This document shows, one piece after another, positions 49,456 through 62,518 of a stretch of DNA of 64,000 nt. The stretch spans positions 260,710,001 through 260,774,000 of the forward strand of contig CM059425.1 of the NCBI GenBank assembly GCA_030390025.1, read 5' to 3'. Position 1 is the first letter of the stretch. Every line of letters starts with the position of its first letter. The DNA is from Squalus acanthias (lineage: Eukaryota). The notes beneath the pieces were generated by a model. It was not told the DNA's origin. It did no database searches and worked only from the letters and a program-made list of their open reading frames with translations. A program made the position numbers and the translations under genes.

Positions 49456-51747
49456 TTTATTAACAGAGGCATAGAGTACAAAAGCAATGAGGTTATGCTA
49501 AACCTTTATAAAACACTGGTTCGGCCTCAGCTAGAGTATTGTATCCAATCCTGGGCACCGCACTGTAGGAAGGATGTCAAGGCCTTGGAGAGGGTGCAGA
49601 GGGGATTTACAAGAATGGTTCCAGGGATGAGGGACTTCAGTTACATGGAGAGACTGGAGAAGGTGAGATTGCTCTCATTAGAGCAGAGAAGGTTCAGAGG
49701 AAACATAATAGAGGTGTTCAAAATCATGAGGCCTTTTAATAGAGTTGATAGGGAGAAACTATTTCCACTGGCAGGAGGCAGTAATCAGAGGACACAGATT
49801 AATGGAGAATCTGTGAACCAAAGGGGAGATGAGGAGAGTTATGATCTGGAATGCGCTGCCTGAAAGGGTGGTGGAAGCAGATTCAATAATAACTTTCAAA
49901 AGGAAATTGGATAAATACTTGAAAAGGAAAATTTGCAGTGCTCTGGGGAAAGAGCAGGGGGAGTGGGACTAATTGAATTGCTCTTTCAAAGAGCCATCAC
50001 AGGTGCCTCCTTCTGTGCTGTAAGAATCTATGAACATTTGTAAGTCCGCTGTTTTAACACGGGAATCGAGCTGTCTATATTAAATGGGTTAACAGCTCCA
50101 CTAAGACAGAGGACTGAAGAATGGAATACGTGTGTGCTATTAGCCCGCTAATGTCACCAACGCTAATTCCTCAAGTTGTTCATTACTAATGGATGATGTG
50201 TAGCACTCCTCCCTCACTCTCTGTACTGTACGAGTCCTTAGTGTTTGTCCTACCTCCCAGTTATTGATCCTTCATTGAGAGGTGGCCAGCACAGGAATAT
50301 AGCAAAAAATAAACCCCCACCTCAAGTCTCATTATGCACCTTGTCCATCGCTCTGGCTGCAGTGTGTGCCGTCTCCAGGATGCACTGCAGCAACTCACCA
50401 AGGTTACTTCAACAGAACCACCCACCCCAACAACCTCTACCACCTAGAAGGACAAGGGCAGCAGGCGCGGGAGAACACCACCACCTGCAAGTTCCCCTCC
50501 AAGTCACACATCATCCTGACTTGGAAGTATATCGGCCGTTCCTTTATCATCACTGGGTCAAAATCCTGGAACTCCCTCCCTAACAGCACTGTGGGAGTAC
50601 CTTCACCACACGGACTGCAGCAGTTCAAGAAGGCGGCTCAACCACCAACTTCTCAAGGGCAACTAAGGATGGGCAATAAATTCTATGTTTCCAGCAATGC
50701 CTACATTCTGAGAACAGATATAACTTTTATAAAAAATCACAAAAATAAGCAATTCCGCCTTAGTTGACTTGGCATAGTGGGAAATCCAAGAATGAGAATA
50801 ATGCCAGGATATTTCTGATCAATTTTATCTTTATGATTCTTTGCTACTTCACTCGGCAACCTATAATTACAATAACAGAGTGTCAACACTGCCCATCCCT
50901 TTCCCCCAATTCATTCAATTTTAACAGCAGAACTTGGACCATTCCCTTTTGTTCAGCATTTTACGACTCTCAGTGACGCCAGATCTGGTCTCTTTCCCTT
51001 TTATGTGTGAATTAAGACTGCTCCCTCTCAATTAAACAATTCAACCCAATGTCACCTACACAGCTGCTATTCCGAGTGCTGTCACAGTGCAATCCTTAAC
51101 CCTTCCCTCACCTGACTTAGTGTTAATTAGGCGTCAGAAGGTTGTGGGTTCAAGTCCCACTCCAGGGACTTGAGCACAAAATCTAGGCTGACACTCCAGT
51201 GCAGTGCTGAGGGAGTGCTGCACTGTTGGAGGTGCCATCTTTGGGATGAGACGTTAATCCAAGGCCCCGTCTGCTCTCTCAGGTGGATGTAAAAGATCCC
51301 ATGGCACTACTTTGAAGAAGATCAGGGGAGTTATCCCTGGTGTCCTGGCCAATATTTATCCCTCAACCAACTTCACTAAAATATATTATTTGGTCATTTA
51401 TCTCATTGCTGTTTGTGGCATCTTGCTATTGGCTACCACGTTTCCTACATTACAACAGTGACTACACTTTATTGGCTGTAAAGCACTTTGGGACCCTTCC
51501 CTCCCTCCCTCCTCTCCTTTCTCATACCTTCCACTCTCCTCCCTTCCCTTCCACTCCCATCCCCTCGCCTCCCCTCTCCTCCCTTCCCTCCTCGTCTCAT
51601 TTCACCCCAAAGGCTGTGTCTCCTAGCTGCGGTACAATTTCTCCAGTGCTGGCAGCTCCTTGTTCATGGCCATTGACAGTGAGCATTTCTGTGACGGAGG
51701 GCATTTACACCGGCCGTGTCCTGCTCTCACCCACTGTACGCACTTAC

Positions 51748-51790
51748 TCGTTTCCAGCAGGGAACCTTGGATAGTAATCAACACTTTCAT
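51748..51790 (-). CDS. Candidate leader exon of gene B: MKVLITIQGSLLET(S)
   Basis: Consensus gtaagt phase-1 donor, in frame with the V1 exon; only a weak signal peptide. Confidence 0.3.
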
Positions 51791-53788
51791 CCTCCCTAGA
51801 TCAGAGAGCACTCTATTATTTTTATTCATTCATTCACGGAATGTGGCCGTCGCTGGCAAGGCCAGCATTTATTGCCCATCCCTAATTGCCCTTGAGGAGG
51901 TGGTGGTGAGCCGCCGCCTTGAACCGCTGCAGTCCGTGTGGTGAAGGTGCTCCCACAGTGCTGTTAGGTAGGGAGTTCCAGGATTGTGACCCAGCGACGA
52001 TGAAGGATTAGCGATATATTTCCAAGTCAGAATGGTGTGTGACTTGGAGGGGAACTTGGAGGTGGTGGTGTTCCCATGCGCCTGCTGCCCTTGTCCTTCT
52101 AGGTGGTAGAGGTCGCAGGTTAGGGAGGTGCTGCCGAAGAGGACAACTGCACTGTTCCTACCATCGGCTATCAGCTAACATCTTTACCCAGAGAGTGGTG
52201 AGAATGTGGAACACGCTACCACAGGGAGTGATTGAGGCGAATAGCATAGGGGCATTTAAGGGGAAGCTAGATAAACACATGAGGGAGATGAAGAGGGGTG
52301 GGAGGAGGCTCGTGTGGAGCCTAAACATCGGCACTGAGCAGTTGGGCCGAATGGCCTGTTTCTGTGCTGTAATATTCTATGTAATTCTATGTAACATCAG
52401 GGATCGGTCCTGCGACAATCCTAGGCTGTACGGCTCAGCTATTCACTAGACAAGCTCAGTGAACCGCTGGACGAGTGCAATTAATAACTGACCCACGGCA
52501 CATTTTTCTTTGGTTTGTTATTAAACCAAAGTGCTGTCATCGGACAATCGAAGGACAAAAAGCTTCCGAAGCTCAATTTTGAACCTTTAACTTTTCTCTC
52601 AAGTATCGTAAAGAATTCATCAGGGTAACGAGATGCTTAGCCAGCCTTGAAGTCAGTTGCCTTATCAGAAGGGACTTAGCTGAGTGAGCGCGAAGGTGCT
52701 AACCATGCCGTGGGCACTCACACACATCTAACATTAACACGCTAACACTTTACCAATAACCTAGAGTGAGAGTGTCAATCTCTGGCCATTTACCACAAAT
52801 TTAAACAGGAAAGAGATTAGTTGCTGCTTCACATTGTGAGCTACGCACCTCCAGCGCAGGTAACCTGGGCGCTCATACAGAGCAAGGCGGTCAGCATTGT
52901 CCTCCTCAGTCCCTCGGTCTTCATTCCCCCTTCTGTCGGTTGACCCTGCTCAGCACTGAGATTGAGCCTGAACCGCTTCCTTCCGAGCCCTGCAGTCAGT
53001 GTTAAAACTCCGCCCACAGCCAGGCACCTTAACCCTTTAGCTGCCAGGCCGATGAGTGAACCGAATAGGCACCCTTTCTTCCTGGCGTTTGTTTTTTTTC
53101 AGCCACTGTTGCTGGCGGGGCCTGCAAGAGGTGAAGTTAAAAAGTTGACGGGACACATCGGGGCAGACTTTGGACTTGCAGCCAGGGCGTAAAACTGGCA
53201 TTACGGATCCCCCACCCCCTCCCCTGTTATAGAAACCGCCCGATTTTCGATTTGAAACCGATGGAAATGAATCTTACACAGAATTTACAGCACAGAAACA
53301 GGCCATTCGGCCCAACTGCTCCGTGCCGGTGTTTATGATCCACACCAGCCTCCTCCCACCACTCTTCAGCTAACCCCATCAACATATCCTTCAATTCCTT
53401 TCTCCCTCATGTGTTTATCTAGCTTCCCCTTAAATACATCTATACTATTCGCCTCAACCACTCCATGTGGTAGCGAGTTCCACATTCTCACCACTCTCTG
53501 GGTAAAGAAGTTTCTCCTGAATTCCCCATTGGATTTATTAGTGACTATCTTATATTGATGGCTCCTAGTTCTGGTCTCCCCCACAAGTGGAAACATCTTC
53601 TCTCCGTCTACCCTATCAAACCCTTTTCATAATCTTAAAGACCTCGATCAGGTCGCCCCTGCAGAAAAGGATCCAATCTGTTCAATCTTTCCTGATGGTT
53701 ATAGCCTCTCAGTTCTGGTATCATCCTTGTAAATCTTTCTTGCACCTTCTCCAGTGCCTCGATATCCTTTTTGTAATATGGAGACCAG

Positions 53789-54529
53789 GGGGGATTGGAG
53801 TTTCCGCTTTGGGCGCAATCGGCAAAATCTGGGCACAAATTGCGCTTGAAATGGCGCTGGTTTTCCGAAGTGAGGTTCCGGTTCAAGTTTCCTCCCAAAC
53901 TCATTTGCATAACCACAAACGCAAAATCTTCCATGAACCTGCGCAGTCGGGCAGTGCAATAGAATGTAATTGGGTTTTTTCTTGCATTAAAAAATATTCC
54001 TTGATCTATTCACGTGCGGTAACCTGGCGCAGCTTTATTCGAACAGCTGAAAATGGGTTTATCACCAAAAATAAGCATTTTTAATAAGAGCGTCTAATTC
54101 ACCGCCTGTGAGTAACCCGATTTCAAAATCGCTGAAAATGACTTTAAAAAAAACTACACTGAACCATTTGCTAGTTTCATTGGTGTGCACTCCTCAGTTT
54201 ATCAGTAAATTAAATATTTTTTAATCATTAAAAACTTTTGAAATGTGCCTAAAAAAAAAAGCGGCTGAGTTTGAAGAGCCTCCTCGAACAGTGGCACGCG
54301 ACTACGTTCGACGCAAACTCATCACGCTCATTAATCCGATCGGGGGGGGGGCAGGATTGTGGGCGGGGCCAGCTTCCAACGTGATGGTTTTTTAAAACCA
54401 GCATTAACAATTTCACAAAACTCGAACGTAACCTGCGCTGAAAATTCTGCAATCCTTTACGCTGGCCTGGCCGGATTTCAGGCGCATTGCGTTGGTCAAG
54501 CCAGGACACTCGAATAGAAACTCCAGGCC
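53789..54529. mobile_element. Harbinger-type MITE in a CR1 fragment
   Basis: Imperfect TIRs (...TGGAGTTTC / GAAACTCCAGGCC); apparent CAG duplication; CR1 rejoins as GGAGACCAG-AATTGTAC. Confidence 0.6.
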
Positions 54530-54717
54530 CAGAATTGTACACAGTGCGATAAGTGTGGTTTAACCCAAGTTGTTTACCAGTTTAACATAACTTCTCTGCT
54601 TTTGACTTCTATCCCTCTAGAAATGAATGACATGGAATTTTACTTGAGTTGCTTTTTTTTATGGCCTTATTAACCTGCGTTGCTACTTTTAGTGATTTTT
54701 GAATCTGTACCCCTAGA

Positions 54718-55630
54718 TAAGAACATAAGAAATAGGAGCAGGAGTAGGCCATTCGGCCCCTCGAGCCTGCTCCGTCATTCAATAAGATCATGGCTGATCT
54801 TCTACCTCATCTCCACTTTCCTGCACTATCCCCATATCCCTTTATTCCCTTAATATTCAAAAATCTATTGATCTCTGTCTTGAATATACTCAGCGACTGA
54901 GCCTCCACAGCCCTCTGGGGTAGAAAATTCCAAAGATTCACCACCCTCAGTGAAGAAATTTCTCCTCATCTCAGTCCTAAATGGCCGACCCCTTATTCTG
55001 AGACTGTGACTCCTGGTTCTAGACTCCCCAGACAGGGGAAACATCCTCCCTGCATCTACCCCGTCAAGCCCTGTAAGAATTTTGTATGTTTCAATGAGAT
55101 CACCTCTCATTCTTCTAAACTCCAGAGATATTAAGTCTAGTCTACTCAGTCTCTCCTCATAGGACAATCCCCCATCCCAGGAACCAGTCTGGTGAACCTT
55201 CGTTGCACTCCCTCTATGGCAAGTATATCCTTCTTTAGGTAAGGAGACCAAAACTGTACACAGTACTCCAGGTGTGGTCTCACCAGGGCCCTATGTAATT
55301 GCAGTAAGACGTCTTTACTCTTATACTCAAATCCTCTTGTAATAAAGGCCAGCATACCATTTGCTTTCCTAATTGCTTGCTGTACCTGCATGTTAACTTT
55401 CAGTGATTTGTGTACAAGGACACCCAGGTCCCTCTGAACACCAACATTTCCCGATCTCTCACCATTTAAAAAATACTCTGCCTTTCTATTTTTCCTACCA
55501 AAGTGGATAACTTCACATTTCTCCACATTATATTCCATTTGCCGTGTTCTTGTTCATTCACTTGGCCTGTCTATATCCCCTTGAAGCCTCCTTGCATCCT
55601 CCTCACAACTTACATTCCCACCCAGCTTAA
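54718..55630 (-). mobile_element. CR1/HER1 3' part
   Basis: EYNVEKCEVIHFG...LVRPHLEYCVQFWSP. Confidence 0.9.
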
Positions 55631-55859
55631 ATCCCTTTGTTCCTCTATCCCATTTAGACTCTTCTTTTCAAAGCAGTATATGGCCTCCTTATTCTTCCTA
55701 CCACTTGATACTTATCTATATTGAAATGAATTTGCCTGGGGTGGTTTTGATAACGATCAGCTGATCGGCAACACTAGCTTCATGCCCGGATGGCAAGTTG
55801 AAAATCTTACCCCAGTATTTCAAAATGCCAGAAGTGTTCACAACTACCCAATTCTTCGG

Positions 55860-56422
55860 TGATGTCATGCCTTTGTTACCTTTAGATTCAAGTATTCCAA
55901 CGCTCTCCTGGCCGGCCTCCCAGCTCGCACCCTCTGTAAAATTGAGCTCATCCAAAACTCTGCTGCCCGTGTCCTAACTCGCACCAAGTCCCGCTCGCCC
56001 ATCACCCCCTGTGCTCGCTGACCTACATTGGCTCCCGGTCCACCAACGCCTCGATTTTAAAATTGTCATCCTCGTGTTCAAATCTCTCCATGGTCTCTGT
56101 AACTTCCTCCAGCCCGACAACCCTCCGAGATCTCTGCGCTCCTCCAACTCTGCCCTCTTGAGCTTCCCCGATTTCCTTCGCGCCACCATTGGCCGTGCTT
56201 TCAGCTGCCGAGGCACTAAGCTCTGGAATTCCCTCCCTAAACCTCTCCGCCTCTCCACCTCCCTTTCCTCCTTTAAGATGCCCTTTAAGACCTAACTCTT
56301 TGTCCTAACATCTCCTTTTGTGGCTCGGTGTCCAATTTTGTCTCATAGTCGCTCCTGTGAAGCGCCTTGGGACGTTTTACTACGTTACCAAGGCGCTATA
56401 TAAATACAAGTTGTTGTTGTTG
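55860..56422 (+). mobile_element. L2-like LINE 3' end
   Basis: LADLHWLPVHQRLDFKIVILVFKSLHG; tail GCGCTATATAAATACAAGTTGTTGTTG. Confidence 0.8.
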
Positions 56423-56878
56423 TCAGACCAACATTCTGTATTTTAGTCCCGAGTTTTGGGCTTTTAGCTTTGCGTTCTGACCATTCGGTTTCCTGGGTTG
56501 TGAAGTCAGTGTCTGACTGAGAGGTGAGATATTGCTGCCAGCTGGGTATTCCAGTTGACCTTCAGGCTCTCATTCAGCAGCTGAGCTGAGCTCTCAGGTA
56601 CCTCACCTCCCCTCACCTGACATTCCTGCCAGTAAAAACCGCCTGAACCTTGTTTTTTTTTTATTGAGCCTGCTTTACGACTAAGCCTCTATTCAGCAGT
56701 AAAATCTTTTTGCCTCATCTTCTGATTGAAGCAGACATTTTGAAGGCTCCCCAGAGCCACAGGACGGGCACTGCACAGAAGGAGACCGTTCAGCCCATCG
56801 CGTCTGTGTCGGCTCTCTGCTGGAGCAATCCCAAACTAATTCCACTGCCCTGCTCCCTCCCCTCTGCTTCAAATCTTT

Positions 56879-57594
56879 GGGGGAAAAATTAGGTCGTGCC
56901 CTCTTTAGGGCGCTAACTTCGCCGGGGCGCTACTTTTAGCGCCTCAGAAAAGCTTGCACCCCCGTGCCATAAATTGAGTGGTAGCGCCCCAAGCAGGAGG
57001 CGGGGCGCTATTGGAAGTGCTCCCCCTCCCCCTTGGGGTGCTCCCATTGAATATCGCGGCGCTACGTGCAGCAGCACCACGCGCACCGGCACGTCACACC
57101 GCGGTACTGCAGGCCTCCCTCCCCTGATTAAAGGGGAGGGGCATAGCGCAGTGCGCACCGGGGCCCTGCTGGACCACCGGGGAGCGGGGTGCCGGCAAAA
57201 AGAGCCCGGCACTCAAGAGGAGCGCCGGGCTGACCGATCGCAGCCGGCACCCCGCGGGAGGAGGGGAGAGGGGTCAGGTGCTGGCAGGCGGCCCAAAAAA
57301 AAATGGCCACCTGGCACCTGCCCTTTAATTTGCGCCGCCGCGGCCGTAAAGACAACACCCTGACCCTGTCGGACATATCGTCCGGCGGTAGGTCAGGGGG
57401 CGTGAGCAAAGTTTGCGGACGGGGCGCAAGCGGGGAGCTGCGCATGTTGATGACATCATCACTGGAGGCGCGGCGCCATGGGGTGCTGCCGGCTACCACT
57501 GAATTTCACGGGAGACGTTAACGGCGCCGCGCCCGGGCGCTAGGTGCTTTGCGCCCCGTTAGCGGGAGGCGCAAAGCAACCCAATTTTTCCCCC
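56879..57594. mobile_element. GC-rich Harbinger-type MITE (716 bp)
   Basis: TIRs GGGGGAAAAATT / AATTTTTCCCCC; TTT on both flanks. Confidence 0.75.
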
Positions 57595-57715
57595 TTTATC
57601 TCCTGTATCCCCAACATGTAATTGTCTCTACCTCAGCACTGATGTGATGTTTCAATATTCTCCAGCAAAAGCGTTGATCAGCAGGCACTGCTGGGAAGCC
57701 ATCGCTATGGATTCA

Positions 57716-57899
57716 TTGGGTACCGACTCCTTGCAGAGGTACACCGCCATGGGTACTGACTCCTTGCAGAGGTACACCGCCATGGGTACTGACTCCTTGC
57801 AGAGGTACACCGCCATGGGTACTGACTCCTTGCAGAGGTACACCGCCATGGGTACTGACTCCTTGCAGAGGTACACCGCCATGGGTACTGACTCCTTGC
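57716..57899. repeat. 33-bp tandem repeat ATGGGTACTGACTCCTTGCAGAGGTACACCGCC, ~5.5 near-perfect copies
   Basis: Directly visible. Confidence 0.95.
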
Positions 57900-58984
57900 T
57901 GGAATTCGCTCCCTAAACCTCTCCGCCTCTCTTCATTTCTCTCTGTCTCTTCCTTTAAAACCCACCTTAAAACCTGCCTCTTTGATCAAACATAACATAA
58001 GAATATAAGAATTAGGAGCAGGAGTCGGCCATTCAGTCCCTCGAGCCTGCTCCGCCATTCAATAAGGTCTTGGTTGATCTTTGACCTCAACTCCACTTTC
58101 CTGCCCGATCCCCATATCCCTTGATACCCCTAGAGTGCAAAAATCTATCAATCTCAGCCTTGAATACAGTCAACGATTCAGCATCCACAGCCCTTTGGGG
58201 CAGAGAATTGCAACATTTAATAATTACCTCTCAATATCTTCTTCTTTGGCTCTATGTCAATTCTTGTCTGGTTCCGCTTCCCTGAAGTGCCTTGGGATGG
58301 TTTCCATTGTTAAATGCACTATGTAAATGCAGATAGTTGTTGAAACATGTGATTCGAGATAAGTTTAGCATCAATGGGTGTAATTATCGCAGGTTAGTGC
58401 GGTGCTAACTGTTGGTACTGTGTATCGTGCAAGTCTTCAGATCTTTGTCTGCATTAGTTGCTGGTGACAGGTAACAGGAGGGAGTCCGCCACATTGCCCT
58501 GCATATTCAGATGCTTTAGGCCGGATCGGATAATACCACTGTCCTTTCTGATGATGTGATGGTCAGAGATCTTTGCAATCGCACTTGTTGCCAAGCAAGA
58601 TTCCCCGAAGGAAATGAAAACCGGCTGATGGGAAACCCAACTGAAGGAAGGACTTCCCTCAGGATGAGAAACCCGAGGACTGATCGACACACCCGCAAGT
58701 ACACATCAAGTATGGGAAAATAGGAACACATGACTCAGGATGAGATTAATTGCGTGGTCGGTGAGAAAACATCGGTTTCTGTGAGCGATGAAAAGGAAAG
58801 AACAATTTTGCCCTATTTATGCATTCTGGCTCCTGGTCACTGAATAGTTTTTCTGCACAGTACTAAAAAAAAGAAAGTCTGGAATTTCTACAGCATCTTT
58901 CACATCCTCAGGACGTCCCAAAGCGCTTTATATCCAATGAAGTACTTTTGAAGTGTAGTCACTGTTGTAATGTGGGAAACACAG

Positions 58985-59557
58985 CAAGGAAGTTATGATG
59001 AACCTTTATAAAACACTGGTTCAGCCTCAACTGGAGTATTGTGTCCAATTCTGGGCACTGCACTTTAGGAAGGATGTGACAGCCTTAGAGAGGGTGCAGA
59101 AAAGATTTACGAGAATGATTCCAGGAATGAGGGACTTTAGTTACATGGATAGACTGGAGAAGCTGGGGTTGTTCTCCTTAGAGCAGAGAAGGTTGAGAGG
59201 AGTTTTGATAGAGGTGTTCAAAATCATGAGGGGTCTCGACAGAGTAGATAGAGAGAAACTGTTCCCATTGGCGGAAGGGTGGAGAACCAGAGGACACAGA
59301 TTTAAGGTGATTGGCAAACGAACCAAAGACGACATGAGGAGAAACTTTTCTACTCAGCGAGTGGTTAGGATCTGGAATGCACTGCCTGAAAGGGTGGTGG
59401 AGACAGACTCAATCGTGGCTTTCAAAAGGGAATTGGATAAGTACCTGAAGGAAAAAAATTTGCAGGGCTACGGGGAAAGGATGGGGGAGTGGGACTAGCT
59501 GAAGTGCTCTTTGGGCCGATAGGCCTCCTTCCGTACTGTAACCATTCTATGATTCTA
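58985..59557 (+). mobile_element. CR1 3' end inserted in a DeuSINE
   Basis: LYKTLVQPQLEYCVQFW...TRGHRFKV; SINE sequence on both sides. Confidence 0.88.
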
Positions 59558-59879
59558 AGTGGCAGCCAATTTGTGCACAGCAAGCTCCCGCAAACACAAT
59601 GGGCTGGATTTTGATTCAGGGGCGGGCTGGGGTCATGTAATCCGCATTTCGTGTTAGCCCCCCGAATCTAAATTGATGTGGGAGATTGATGCAATTTTAA
59701 CATAATTGGCCAATTGAGTTCCAACGTCTGGGAACCCATGGCCAGTGAGTTTTTCCAGTCTGAAAGTCGCTTCCGATGACGTCCTCATTGCTGCAGCATT
59801 TAAGGTCTGCAACAAGCCTTGCTTCCTCTGCAGACTGCCAAGCTTCTGCCTTTGCATGTTAGAGGCACCTGCAGGAAGA

Positions 59880-62038
59880 ATGGCCAGCCAGAGACTTAGG
59901 TCTGCACCTCGATTTGATGACATCGTCCTGCAAGCTTTAATTGAGGGAGCCAGAGCTAATAAGGAGGTGCTCTTCCCTTCTTCAGGGAGGAAGAAGCCTT
60001 CCCATCAAACCAAGGCTGTGTGGATTCAGGTGGCAGAGGAGGTCAACTCGTTGTCCATAACCCGCAGAACCTGGCTTCAGTGCAGGAAGAGGTTTCATGA
60101 CCTGCTGCACACTGGAAAAGTGAGTATGAATTTCCCATCACCCTCATTCTGATCCCCATTGCCTCTCCTCACCAGCACTCAGCTTTGACAATCTTCACAT
60201 CCCACTTGACACTGACATCCCTGCACCCTTACCCATTCCCTCTCCCTCTATGGTCACATTCACCTAACTATTCGACTATGCAGCCTTCACACACTCTATC
60301 GCTGGGATGCTATGAAAACAACTTACAACACACAGGGAGGGCCCATGGTCTTGCCACCTCACTCCAAATTTGTCTCCTTCTAACCATCAATGATAGAGAT
60401 TCTCTACACTCACTCCTTCATTCTCACTCAAACGCCACTTGTCTCCCTCATTGCAGGAAAAGAGAGCTCACAATAAGAGGGAAAGAGCGAGGACAGGAGG
60501 AGGGCCACCCTCAGTAGCCCAGCTCACCACCTGGGAGGAGGCGGTCCTGGAGATCATGGGAGTGGAGGAGGATGCGCAAGTGGGGAACGGACAGATGGGT
60601 GCATCAGAGCAAGCTGGTGACAGAATAGTTTATCATCTCTGTCGTAAGAATGAGCCTTACGCGTGGTGAACTTAAAGTAAGCTTTAATCAACTAAAAAGG
60701 TGCTACATACAAAAGAGGTCTTACTCTATGCCTCTCCAGGATCCAACTGATCAGTCCAGTATTTATCCTGGACTAATCACAGGAAGTGATGCAATAAAGT
60801 TCGAGTCACAGGAAGCTGTATTGTGTTACCACAATCTCTCTCATTGACATTGCATGAGTCACTGATAATGATTCTGATGCTCCAGCAGACTGATTTATGA
60901 TCATCTGCAATATGCAATGTGCATGTAACCTTGGACTCACATCTCTGACTCTTTCCTCTACTCCCCCCCAGGACCATCGCGAGCACCTGTCCCCACCGTC
61001 CAGGAGGAAGAGCATGAGCCTCACGACTCCTTAGAGGAAGCTGCAACCTCTGAGGGCGCAGCGTCAGCAGAATTCAGCGCACCCAGCACCAGCGTAGACA
61101 CTCACACCTCGGAGGGAACATCGCGAGATAGCGTAGTGTTGTCACCTGGTGTATCACAGCTCACAAGTGAGCATCAGCAGATAGTGGAGACAGGGACAGC
61201 AGTGGAGAGTCCTAGTCGGAGGGCGCAGGACTCTCCTAGCTCGGCTCAGCTGCATGTCGACCCTCTGCCTCTGGGTCCATCCATAAGATCAGCGGTGCTG
61301 GAACTCCAGGAACAGATGCAGGAGTCTCTGGCAGGTTTTGTCTCCAGGGTCGCTGCGAGTGTGGAGCGAATGGAGGAGTCCATAGCGAACATGAGCAGAG
61401 CCTTTGTGGAGTCATTGGCACATGAATGCAGCACCACGGAAAGGATGGCATCCTCCGTGGAAAGGATGGCTACAGTAGAGGAGAGGATGGCTACGGCTAT
61501 GGAGGAGATAAGTCGCCAGAGTGTAGAAAACATGGTCATTGTTCAGAATAGACTGGCATCTCTTGAGGAGCGATGGTCAGCTATTGAACACAGAAACCAG
61601 ACCTTCATGGAAGTCCTTCTGAGTAGGACTTCCAGTGCAGATACGGGTCCCCATGGCCCCCCTGATGTGCAGCAAGGTCCTCTCAATCCACTTGCAAGTG
61701 CTGAGGTGGGGCTGACCCATGAGAGGGATGTTGGTGGCAGACAACAAGGAAGTGGGGGCTCCTCTCCAAGCGCTCACACGACCAAGCCACTGCAAAGCCC
61801 TCGGTCAGAGCCCCACAAGAGTCCTCACCCAACTGAGATCGGCGTCTCAACCCCTGCACAGCCGCAGGAGCAGCAGACTGTTGCCGAGCCCTCACAGGCT
61901 CGCAACCCCAGAGGACGCCCGCCAAAGGTGTCGAGGCAGGAGCAGCAAGAAAGTGAGCAAGGGGCCTCCACATCTGCTGAAGCCACAGGGGAAGCACCAC
62001 GTAGGAGCACGCGTAAAAGAAAAATAATGCACAAGTAG
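59880..62038 (+). CDS. Harbinger Myb/SANT-like DNA-binding protein, join(59880..60119, 60457..60616, 60972..62038), 488 aa (496 aa from ATG 59856)
   Basis: RSAPRF...L..LI...W..VAEEVN...RTWLQCRKRFHDL, then TGGGP, typical of Harbinger ORF2/NAIF1-like proteins; GT-AG introns in phases 0 and 1; frame open throughout. Confidence 0.85.
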
Positions 62039-62296
62039 TCACAAGGGTAGTCATTTGGGTGTAATGTTGTGTTTAATCTTGAAATGCCAGCACTTGCTTG
62101 GTGTGATTAAAAATTCTGCTGGCAAACTGCTGAAGTTGTGGCGTCTGTCATTTCGCAAATGGGACTTCCACATTGAGGGCTTAGGATGACTTGCAATTGT
62201 CAGTATGGTGGTCAGAGTGATAGGAATCCGCAGGTTCCTGGCCATTGTCGATGGTCTGATAAGAAGGTGCGAGGCAAAAGTGTTTGATTGTGCAGG

Positions 62297-62518
62297 CTAA
62301 GCAAATCTGGTCAAGTGCGTCCCTTGCATCTCAGGCAGCAATGTGGTCGCGCGCTGGCGCCTTCTGGCCTGTGCAGCTTCAGGTGGGTGAGGAGCAGCTT
62401 GGCACTCCTGTTGATGCTGCTGCTGCTGGTGGTGCTGTTGTTCATGGTTCTACTGCTGCCACGGCTGGTCCTCGTCCGAATCTGATGTCCAGGAGGAAAG
62501 GAAATAAATGGTTCCCAT
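62297..62518 (-). pseudogene. Probable stub of the Harbinger transposase (N-terminal and C-terminal bits, no DDE core)
   Basis: Convergent position; MGT...SDSDED Q-rich start and degenerate AA*DARDAL..RFA* end; stops and a frameshift. Confidence 0.4.

Noticed and set aside
57644-57916. Repeat peptide (MGTDSLQRYTA)n or CRISPR array
   Set aside because: Identical tandem units with no spacers; the ORF follows from the 33-bp unit length
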